Assembly (NCBI GenBank): GCA_965242695.1 | Contig: CBDESU010000001.1 | Span: 320,001-384,000, forward strand | Direction: 5' to 3' | Length of the DNA stretch: 64,000 bases | DNA from: Cenarchaeum sp. | GTDB taxonomy: Archaea > Thermoproteota > Nitrososphaeria > Nitrososphaerales > Nitrosopumilaceae | Shown: positions 1-8,600 of the stretch, piece by piece | Layout of the letters: each line of letters starts with the position of its first letter | Position numbering within the stretch: the stretch's first letter is position 1 | Notes under the pieces: generated by a model | What the model was told of the DNA's origin: nothing | The model's input: only the letters and a program-made list of their open reading frames with translations | Databases searched by the model: none | Translations under genes and position numbers: made by a program

Positions 1-2129
1 ACGGCGCGCGGCGCATCGACGATCGGGCCGTCCCCGCCGCGCCCTTCCGCAGCGCCGATGCCTGCCCACGAGCCGATCCGTCCCGCCGCCGGCGCGGCCG
101 CCGGCGATGCGCCGTGCGGCGCACCGGCCGTTCCGGGCGTCCACGCCTCGAGCGTCCCCGTCCCGCCGGGCCCCGGCGTCCCGCGCACGCGCACCACAGG
201 CGAGTCCATGGCGACAAACTCCGACGAGACGGCCGCGCCGCCGCCTGCCTCCAGCATTGCGACGGGCGGGCCGGCCGGCGCGCCGCGCGCGCGGCCGCCG
301 AGCGCGGTATCGGGGTCGAGCACGGCTCCGGCCGCATCGCCGGCGTACAGCAGCGCGATATCCTGCACGCGGCCCGGCGCGACGGGCAGGGGCAGGATGT
401 GCAGGCGCGGCTCGGAGCCTCCGCCCGCGGACACCTCGAGCGGGGCCGTGCGCGGGTGCTGCCGCATGCCGGGCGCCGTAACAGACACCTCGTACGACCC
501 GGGCGGGGCCCGCACGGGCACGACGGCCGAGTTTGACGGGAGTGCGGCGTGGCCGTGCCCGCCCTGCGCGTGCACGGGGGCACCGATCACGGCGGTCGCC
601 GCATGCTCGGCCCCGTTCGAGGATACGACGATCTCGACGGGAACGCCGGGCGCGGGGCGCAGCATGGAGACCGCACCGGACACGTCGAGGCGCCCGGCGC
701 CACCGCTGCCCTCGCCCTCGCCCGGCCCCGCGCGCCCGGCGCCACCGACGACCTCTGCCGTCCTGTCGGCGTGCGCATGGTACGCGGCCGCCGCGATGAA
801 CGACCTTCCGATGCCGCCCTCGCGCGGCCCGCCCGCGCCTGTCGATGCCGCTGTTGCCGCTGCGGCCGGCGGCACGACGTCGAACACGACCAGGTTTGGC
901 GCGTCCTCCCCGCCCCCGCGCGTCCAGCCGGTTCCGCCGTCCCGCGCCCCGGCCGGCGCGCCCGCTCCCCCGCCGTCGAGGAGGGTCCCGTTCTCGCCGA
1001 CCGCTCCCCGCGCGCCGTACGCCGCCGGGCCGACGGCGAACCAGTCCGTCGCGCTGCCGTGCCCCGGCACCGCTACCGTAAGGGATGCGACCCCTGCCGC
1101 GCCGGTGCGGAACGTGCCGAGCCACGGCCAGGCGTCCACCTGGACGCGGGCGGGCCTGTCGGCTCCTGCATGGTGCGGCGAGGGGGATCCGTCCACCCTG
1201 GCGATGCCCGGGTCGGACGTGTGCACCAGGGCGTAGGGGGGCGTGTTCGGGGACCCTGCCGCGGCCGCCGCCGCGCCGTCCGGGCCCTCGAGCCACGCGA
1301 TATAGTGGCCGGCCGAGTTTTCGGGCAGGACGGGGGGCCACGCGCGCACCCGCACGGCCGGCGGCTCCTGCCACTCGAACCCGATGTGCGCCTCGGCGCG
1401 CATCCCGCCGCCGTGCGCGTGGACCGTCCCGGGCGCGGCCACAAACGCATCAAAGGTCGCCCCCGTCGAGCCGGCCGGTATGACGACCCTATCCGGGACG
1501 AGCAGGCCGGCGCCGCCTCCCGACAGGCGCACCTCCAGGCCGGATGCGGCAGGGACGGCCGTTGCGTGGTGGCCGCCGGCCGCCCATTCGACCAGGTGGA
1601 CGGCGCCGGCGACGTGGTGAGTCCGCGTCGACGGGGGCAGCGTAATGGCCAGGCCGCGCCCGCTGTCCGAGGTATCAGCGGCCACTACCGACCCCTCCAC
1701 GAACTCGCCGCCGACGGACGCGCGGATCGCGTGGGTGCCGAGCTCTAGCGCCTTGAAGGCAAAGATCGCATGGTCCGCGCCTGGCGGCATCTCTACGGAC
1801 GGGGCGACGAGGATGGCGGCGGGGTCTGCCGCGAGGAGGATCGTCGTCCCGTTGCTGCCCGTACCGCCTGCGCCGCGCGGCCCCTCGTGGCGGACCATGC
1901 CGTAGTGCCACGACTCGGGCGCGACGCGCTGCGGGACGTACAGCTCCGCACCGGGCGCATCGCCGGGCATACCGGCGGCATGCGCGTGCGGCGGGGCGGG
2001 GCCGTATTCTGCGCCGCCGCCGGCCGACGCCGACGCCACTGCCGCGGCCGCAACCGCGGCCCATGCAGCGAGCGCAAGGATGCGGGCGCGCCCGGCGCGC
2101 GGCCCGTCCCGCAGGACTCCGGCTGGCAT
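1..2129 (-). CDS. Large secreted/surface protein, 3' end runs off the window (not in the ORF track)
   Basis: Translated by hand from ATG 2129: MPAGVLRDGPRAGRARILALAAWAAVAAAAVASASAGGG (signal peptide-like), then beta-rich Ig-like sequence. TTAAAT box at 2151-2156 on the minus strand. The long + strand ORFs here are its shadows. Confidence 0.75.
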   Translation of the reverse strand, partial: MPAGVLRDGPRAGRARILALAAWAAVAAAAVASASAGGGAEYGPAPPHAHAAGMPGDAPGAELYVPQRVAPESWHYGMVRHEGPRGAGGTGSNGTTILLAADPAAILVAPSVEMPPGADHAIFAFKALELGTHAIRASVGGEFVEGSVVAADTSDSGRGLAITLPPSTRTHHVAGAVHLVEWAAGGHHATAVPAASGLEVRLSGGGAGLLVPDRVVIPAGSTGATFDAFVAAPGTVHAHGGGMRAEAHIGFEWQEPPAVRVRAWPPVLPENSAGHYIAWLEGPDGAAAAAAGSPNTPPYALVHTSDPGIARVDGSPSPHHAGADRPARVQVDAWPWLGTFRTGAAGVASLTVAVPGHGSATDWFAVGPAAYGARGAVGENGTLLDGGGAGAPAGARDGGTGWTRGGGEDAPNLVVFDVVPPAAAATAASTGAGGPREGGIGRSFIAAAAYHAHADRTAEVVGGAGRAGPGEGEGSGGAGRLDVSGAVSMLRPAPGVPVEIVVSSNGAEHAATAVIGAPVHAQGGHGHAALPSNSAVVPVRAPPGSYEVSVTAPGMRQHPRTAPLEVSAGGGSEPRLHILPLPVAPGRVQDIALLYAGDAAGAVLDPDTALGGRARGAPAGPPVAMLEAGGGAAVSSEFVAMDSPVVRVRGTPGPGGTGTLEAWTPGTAGAPHGASPAAAPAAGRIGSWAGIGAAEGRGGDGPIVDAPRA

Positions 2130-2624
2130 GCGCGGTCGGTTTGCGCTGCGATTTAAGGGGCAGAGGCGGCGCGCCGTGCGCGCTTGGGCCGCCCAGGCGC
2201 GGATCGGCGCATGCAGGGGGAACGGGGCGCCGAACGCCCGATAGCCTAGTACGGACTCGCGCTGTCCGCTAACGCCCGACAGGCCGCGCGGGGTCTGGGT
2301 CGGGCTGCGGCTGTCGGGATCCTCGGCCCCCCTGCCGGCGGCGGGCCCGGGCCGCTCGGCGCCGCGCCCGGCCGCGCCCCGCATCCGCAGGCATGGCCGC
2401 CTTTTGCGCGGCGGCGGGGGCCGAACGGGGGCGGGCAGGCCCGTCGTGCGGCGGGGGCCGCGGGGCGCGGGCCGCGGCACCGGACGGCGGCCCCCGTCGT
2501 CCCGCCCGCCTTTCCGCCCGCCGCCGCGCTACCTGTCCCCGGCCACGCCCCGGCGGGACGGGGCGTCTGGGGGCAGGCGGGGCCTTGTCCATCTCTCCCA
2601 AAGGGCGCCCGCGTGCGCCGGCGC

Positions 2625-4106
2625 TCATACGAGAAAGAGAAAGACCGATGCCGGCAGGCAGCAGGTTCCGCGCCCCGCCCTCATCTCGTTCCTGCTGACC
2701 AGGATCCCGCCTTCAGAGCCGACGATCCTCTTGTAGTCGAGTATGCCGTACATGTCGCGGCTCTTTATCTGGCTTTGATACTTTACATCTATGGGCATCA
2801 TCCCGCCGTTGTCCCTGACCAGAAAGTCGACCTCCCTCTTGCGCGATCTCCAGTAGAACACGGCGTTGTCGTGACCGTACGCGACGCGCATGCCGAGCGT
2901 GCGGTACGCAAAGCGCAGGATGTGCTCGCAGACGACCTGCTCGACGAGCCTGGACAGGCGCGCCCGATCGTCCATGCACTCTAGGCTGGCGTCGTACGCG
3001 CTCCCCGATCCCAGGCCGCTGGCCATGTGGAAAAGGAACGGATCGCGAAAGTAGGTCTTTTTCGCCGCACCGTACTTTGGGCGATCGCTCGCCGCGTTGT
3101 ACCTGTGTATGGAGGCGGTGCAGAACATGTCCTCCAGGATCCTTGCATAGTCTCTAGCAGTATGGTGGCTTGACACGGCCGTGCCCTTCTTGAGCGACGA
3201 CCAGGATACTGCGCTGCCGGTGCATTCGGCAACCCTGCCCATGATCTGGCCCGCAAGCGCCGGGTTTTTTCCAAGGCGGCCAAAGCCGCCCTGGATCAGC
3301 TTTGCATACCGCTCGTAGTGCGCGTCGTCGACGTGCCCGTCCTTGGCAAGCCTGTCTACAATGAACGGTATTCCGCCGGCCAAGAGGTACCTGTGCAGGC
3401 ACCTGCCAAGCTCGTTCTGGCGCATGTAGAGCTCCTTGATCGGGGCGCCAATGCTGCCCGACGCGGCGCCCCTGAGGATGGAGATGCGCGACTCTTGGTC
3501 CAGCGGAACCGCCCGCGCCGCATTGTCGTACAGGCCTCGGTCTGTTGCCATGACAAACCGCCTAAAGTTCATGGGCATGGCGACCTTGTCGAGCGTGCCG
3601 CTCCCAGGGTCGCCCCTCCTGCCGGCCAGGAGCTCGGTGGCCCTGGACAGGTCGACCGTATGCGACCCCGTCGTCACGACGGTGCAGTTCTCGAGCATGT
3701 TCAGGTCCTTGAGCGACTTTATCGCCCGCTGCCAGTCGATGACGTTGGATATCTCGTCAAGGAACAGGTACCTTCGCGACTTTTCCGACTGGCTGCTCTT
3801 GTCAAAGTACTCGTAGAGGACGTTCTCGACGTCGAGCGGGGCGGTCTCGGATTCGAACGAATAGTACATGACGTTGTGCGGCGGGACGCTCTCGAGCAGC
3901 CGGGCGATCGCCAGCTTTACCAGCGTGGTCTTGCCCACCTGCCTCGGCCCCCTCAGCGAGTAGATGTAGTCGCCCGCCTCGAAGACGCTCGGATCGGGGG
4001 CGAGTCCTAGCGAAGAGGCCTTCAGCGCCGCTATCTTTGGATCCCTGCCAATGGCCGCCTTGTCCTTCCACCATGGGTTGAGCCTGGCCATCCTTGCGAC
4101 GTGCAT
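2625..4106 (-). CDS. AAA+ ATPase (AAA_14/DUF4143 type) with C-terminal PD-(D/E)xK-like domain
   Basis: NPWW N-terminus, Walker A GPRQVGKT, Walker B YLFLDEI, TGS, GGIP, C-terminal EVDF...PIDVK. TATA at about 4130-4134. Confidence 0.9.
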   Translation of the reverse strand: MHVARMARLNPWWKDKAAIGRDPKIAALKASSLGLAPDPSVFEAGDYIYSLRGPRQVGKTTLVKLAIARLLESVPPHNVMYYSFESETAPLDVENVLYEYFDKSSQSEKSRRYLFLDEISNVIDWQRAIKSLKDLNMLENCTVVTTGSHTVDLSRATELLAGRRGDPGSGTLDKVAMPMNFRRFVMATDRGLYDNAARAVPLDQESRISILRGAASGSIGAPIKELYMRQNELGRCLHRYLLAGGIPFIVDRLAKDGHVDDAHYERYAKLIQGGFGRLGKNPALAGQIMGRVAECTGSAVSWSSLKKGTAVSSHHTARDYARILEDMFCTASIHRYNAASDRPKYGAAKKTYFRDPFLFHMASGLGSGSAYDASLECMDDRARLSRLVEQVVCEHILRFAYRTLGMRVAYGHDNAVFYWRSRKREVDFLVRDNGGMMPIDVKYQSQIKSRDMYGILDYKRIVGSEGGILVSRNEMRAGRGTCCLPASVFLFLV

Positions 4107-4147
4107 GGCCGCCCTCTGCCATGCCTGCCTATAATGCCGGCGCCTGT

Positions 4148-4301
4148 TGCCAGCCTGCTTTTAAAGCCCGGAAAACCGGCTGCCAGCCTGCTTTTAAAGC
4201 CCGGAAAACCGGCTGCCAGCCTGCTTTTAAAGCCCGGAAAACCGGCTGCCAGCCTGCTTTTAAAGCCCGGAAAACCGGCTGCCAGCCTGCTTTTAAAGCC
4301 C
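4148..4301. repeat. 33-bp tandem repeat, about 4.7 copies (TGCCAGCCTGCTTTTAAAGCCCGGAAAACCGGC)
   Basis: Identical units start at 4148, 4181, 4214 and 4247, with a partial unit at 4280. No spacers. Confidence 0.95.
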
Positions 4302-4410
4302 CGAGAACAGGTTGTCCTGACAGGCCGGGGGTGGCGGCCTGTTGTAGCCGACCCGCTGCAGATACCTCATCCAAGCAGAGCCGGCTGGGCAGGCCCAGGG
4401 CCGCGCCCTG

Positions 4411-5630
4411 CTATGGCAGGCCGCACTGGACATTGTACGAGACGGTCTGGGCGAGGACGCCGCCCTCTGCCGCGTCGTACGGGGCCAGGTTCAGCCTGAA
4501 CCACAGCGATGCGGTGTCGCCGCCTCCGAGCCCTCGCACCACGGCCGTCCCCCCGCCGACGGACGCGTAGGCGCCCTCCATGCCATCCTCGCACGCCTCG
4601 GTCGCCGCGGCCGGAATGGACGCGTAGACGCGCGCGACAAGGGCGCTCGATGTCCTGCCCTCGCCCGTCCCGTTCGCGGGGGCCGCCAGGATCGGCGATG
4701 CGGCGCCCGGCGAGGTGCCGCCGCCGTGGCCCGCCTGCCACGTAGTCGCATCTATTCCAGCCTGCGCAAACGGCGCCGAGCCGTAGTTGATCCGCGTCTG
4801 CTCGGTGGGATACAAGCGGGCGCCGGGCGCTGCATCGCCGATGTCTAGGCTCGGCGACCCGAGCCCGACCGAGCATGTGTGGTACACGGGCGCCGGGGCG
4901 CCGCTCTCGGACTCTGCGGTGCCGAACCGGGCCAGGTGGTGCGTGTAGATGGCCATGTCCCTGCCGTCGTCCGAGTCGATCCGGCACTCGCCCGTGCCGC
5001 CGAGGTGCCGGTCGACCCTGGCAGTATCGTCCGCTGCGCATGCTGTGCCGATCGGCACGATCCGACCGCCGGGGCCGTCGTCGATGCAGACGCCCTGCCG
5101 CCTGCCTGGCCCTCGAGGGATATGCGGACGGGCATGTCGAACGCGACCCTGCCGCTGTCATCGTCGCCGATCTCCACGACGCCCCGCAGCAGGACCGCAC
5201 CCGGGCCGCCGTACAAGACCCTCCGCGCCAGAGCCGGGCGGCACTGCGCGCAGGACGAGCAGGCCGCCGGGCGGCACGGACGTTGCCTTTGCCCCGGGCG
5301 GGAGCGACACTGATGCGAACGATGTGGCTACGGCGGCGCCCTCGGGCGGGAACTGCGCGGTTCCGCCGGCGGCGCCTGCCTGGTCAAGCACGTCACGTTG
5401 ATCGTGACGCGCAACTCGTTGTCCCTGTCGGCAAGGTTGCTGTAGACCGCATCGTCGTCCGGCCCGGGACAGCCGTTGCGGCGCCGTTGCCGCCCGCGCT
5501 GATCACTGCCGGGCTGGCGCGCGGCGACGCCGGGGATCCGGCATCCGGAATATCCGAGCCGGCGGGGCTCCCGCCCGCATCCCTGATGGAGCCGCCGCCC
5601 GCCGACGGGGCATCCCGCCCTGCGCCCTGC
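4411..5630 (-). pseudogene. Frameshifted paralogous copy of the C-terminal module of the adjacent giant surface protein
   Basis: Pieces in ORFs 5393..6208 (tail), 5158..5391, 4845..5216 and 4411..5058 align consecutively to FPPEGAAV..SFASV, VVEIGD, LEGQAGG, GECRIDS and LWFRLNLAPY of the 1832-aa protein, but in different frames. No start codon or signal peptide. Confidence 0.85.
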
Positions 5631-5634
5631 GCGG

Positions 5635-8600
5635 CTACTGCGGCAGGATGCACTGGGCGCTGTACGTGATGCTCTGCGAGATCGTGCCGACCGGCACCTC
5701 GCTGCCGTACGGGGCCAGGTTCAGCCTGAACCACAGCGGCTTGACGTCCCCGCCGCCGAGGCCGCCGGCCACCGCAGTATCCGCGCCGACCGCGGCGTAG
5801 TCGCCTATCCTGCCGGACTCGCTCACCTCGGATGCGCCAGCCGGCAGGGTCGCCGAGATGCGCGCGACAAGGGCGCTCGACGCCCTGCCCTCGCTTGTGC
5901 CGGGCGCCGGGGCCGGCAGGGACGGGTATCCGCCGGAATCGGAGCCGCCGTCGGCACCGGCCCGCCACGGGGACGCCTCGATCCCGACACCTGCAAACGG
6001 CGCCGAGCCGGAGTTGATCAGCCTCTGCTCTGCCGGATCGGAGCGGCCGCCGAGCGCCGCATCGCCGATCGGCAGGCTCTGCCGCCAGAGGCTCACCGAG
6101 CACGTATAGTCCACGGGCGGCGGCATGCCGCTCTCGGACAGCACGGTGCCAAACCGCGTCAGGTGGTACGTGTAGATGACCATGTCCCCGCTCGAGTCGA
6201 TCCGGCACTCGCCCATGCCGCCGAGGTGGCGGTGGACCCTGACTGTATCGTCGGCCCCGCAGGCGTCGTCGATCGGCACCAGCGAGCCGTCCGTGCCGTC
6301 GATGTAGAACGCGCGGCCGCCGGCCTGGCCCTCGAGCTGTACGCGGACGGGCATGCTGAACGTGACGGTACTGCCCTCGTCGCCGATCTCTACGATCCTT
6401 CGCAGTGTCACGGCCGAGCCGTCGTACGCAAGGCCCTGGACGGCCGGATCCGCCGGCAGGCCGCCGTCGGACTCGGCGACGACGTGCAGGACGAGCAGGC
6501 CGTCGGGCGGCACTGACATTGCCGTCACACCGGGCGGGAACTGCACGGACGCGAACGACGTCGTCACGGCGGCGCCCTCGGGCGGGAACTGGACTGTCCC
6601 GCCGGCGGTCCCTGCGCCTGCCAGCCCCGTCACGTTGATCGTGACGCGAACCTCGTTGCCCCTGCCGGTAAGATTGGCCTGGACCGCGGCGTCGTCCGGC
6701 CCGATGACGACCGTTGCGGTGTTTCCGGTCGCGTTGTCCGCGCCGCCGCCTACGCCGCCTCCGTTGGATCCAGCGCCGCCGCCTCCGTTGGATCCAGCGC
6801 CGCCGCCTCCGTTGGATCCAGCGCCGCCACCGTCGATCACAATGCCCGATGCATGCAGCGAGTCGGGCGAGCCCGGCTCGGGCAGCATCCGGTCGGCATC
6901 GCGGCCGCTTGCATCCCGTATTGTACCGCCGTTGAGGGACAGGGCGCCGCTGTCCGCATAGTCGAGGCGGTCCGCCATGTCTCCGGACTGTACCCTGTAG
7001 AGGAACGCCAGCCTAGAGTCGCCGTCGCTGCCCTCTACGTATGCCGCGCTCCTGGCCGGCTCGGTCGAGAGCGCCAGCGTAGGCGCCCCCGTCACGTGCA
7101 CGGTTCCGCTAAAGGCCACGGTAATGTTGACGGCCGAGCCGGCGCCGTACGTGCCGCCAGCGTCCGCCGAGAATACCCTGAGGACGCTGGGCGGATCCTC
7201 CGACTGCATCGTCGTGTCTATCTCGATGTCCCTCGAGTGGCCCAGCGATCCGGCCTCGCCCGGCCCGGGCAGCATCCGGTCGGCGTCGTTGCCGGCCGCA
7301 TCCTTGATGGTTCCGCCGTTGAGGGTCAGCGCGCCGGTCCCGGTATAGTCCAGGTCGTCCGCTACATCGTCGGGAAGCACCCTGTACTCGAACACAAGCG
7401 TCCGCGAGCCGCTGCCGTAGTCGTATGCGGCCATGCCGGCGGCCGCGCCCGTATCGAGCTCGATCCGCGGCGAACCCGTCACGTGCACGGCCTCGTCAAA
7501 CAAGACCGTGACGTTGATCCTCGAGCCGATGCCGTACGCGCGGTCCGCGTTAGGCGACGAGACGGCCTCTACACTCGGGGCGGTGGTGTCGATGCGAATG
7601 CCCGCGGCCGCAAGCGACATCTCCCCTTCGATGCCGGACAGGTCCAGGTCGGCGCCGTTGCCGATTGCATCCGTCATGGTCCCGCTGTCAAGGGACAGGG
7701 CATCGGCGCCGTCGTAGTCTAGGGGGCCCGCGCCGTCGCCTACTTGCACCGTATAGTTGAAGACGAGCGTCCGCATGTCGCCCGACTGCCGCTCGTACGT
7801 GGCGGCAGCGGTCGCATCCCCGTCGAGTGCGAGGCGCAGCGACGGGGATGCCCTGTCGGAGAGCACGACGGCCTCGCCAAAGCCGACGGCGATCCTGACC
7901 GTCTCGCCAGCCCGGTACGGCGCGCCCTTTGGATCGGACTCTGCTGCGCTGATCGCGCGCGGCCCCGCGGTGTCGATCCGTATGGGCATATCGTCGTCGC
8001 CGAGCAGGCCGTCCATTCCAGGCTCGGGCAGCGTCAGGCTGGCGGGGTTGTCGGCCGCGTCCGCAATGGATCCGTCGGGGGACAGCGCCGTAGTGTTCGC
8101 ATAGTCGAGGTCGGCCGCATTGTCGCCCCCTTCCACCGTGTATACAAACGCCATGTCCATGCCGGCGCTGCCGCCCTCGTCGTACACGGCGAACCGGTCC
8201 GTCCCGTCGTCCATCCTCAGCGCGATCGACGGCGCGCCGTCCCGGGCGACGTCCACATTCTCGTCAAACGAGACCGTAATGTTGATCTTCGAGCCTGCGC
8301 CGTACGTGCCGTTCGCGTTGGGCGACGAGACTGACTCGACGCGCGGGGCGGCGGTGTCGGGCACGATGGCCCTTGCGCCGCCGAGCGAGTCTGGAGAGCC
8401 CGGCGCAGGCAGTTCGAGGTCGACTGCGTTGCCCAGCAGGTCGGTTATGGCGCCGCGCGACGCCAGGGCCCCGGCGTGCGCGTATTCCAGGCCGGCGGCA
8501 GCGGCGGGAACGGCGTCGCCGGGCATCACCGTATAGTTGAAGACGAGCGTGTCTGTTCCGTTGCCGGACAGGTAAGGCGCCGCCCTGTCCTCCCCCTCCA

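Noticed and set aside
58-1748. Long + strand ORFs (392 and 399 aa)
   Set aside because: They are antisense shadows of the minus-strand surface protein gene, with Arg/Pro/Ala-rich composition typical of high-GC DNA.
4148-4301. 33-bp array as a CRISPR, or the ORFs crossing it as genes
   Set aside because: The units are contiguous with no spacers. The ORFs are open only because the period is a multiple of three.
4411-6720. Paralogous C-termini as a diversity-generating retroelement TR/VR pair
   Set aside because: Differences are spread over all bases and include indels, not adenine-specific, and no reverse transcriptase is in the window.
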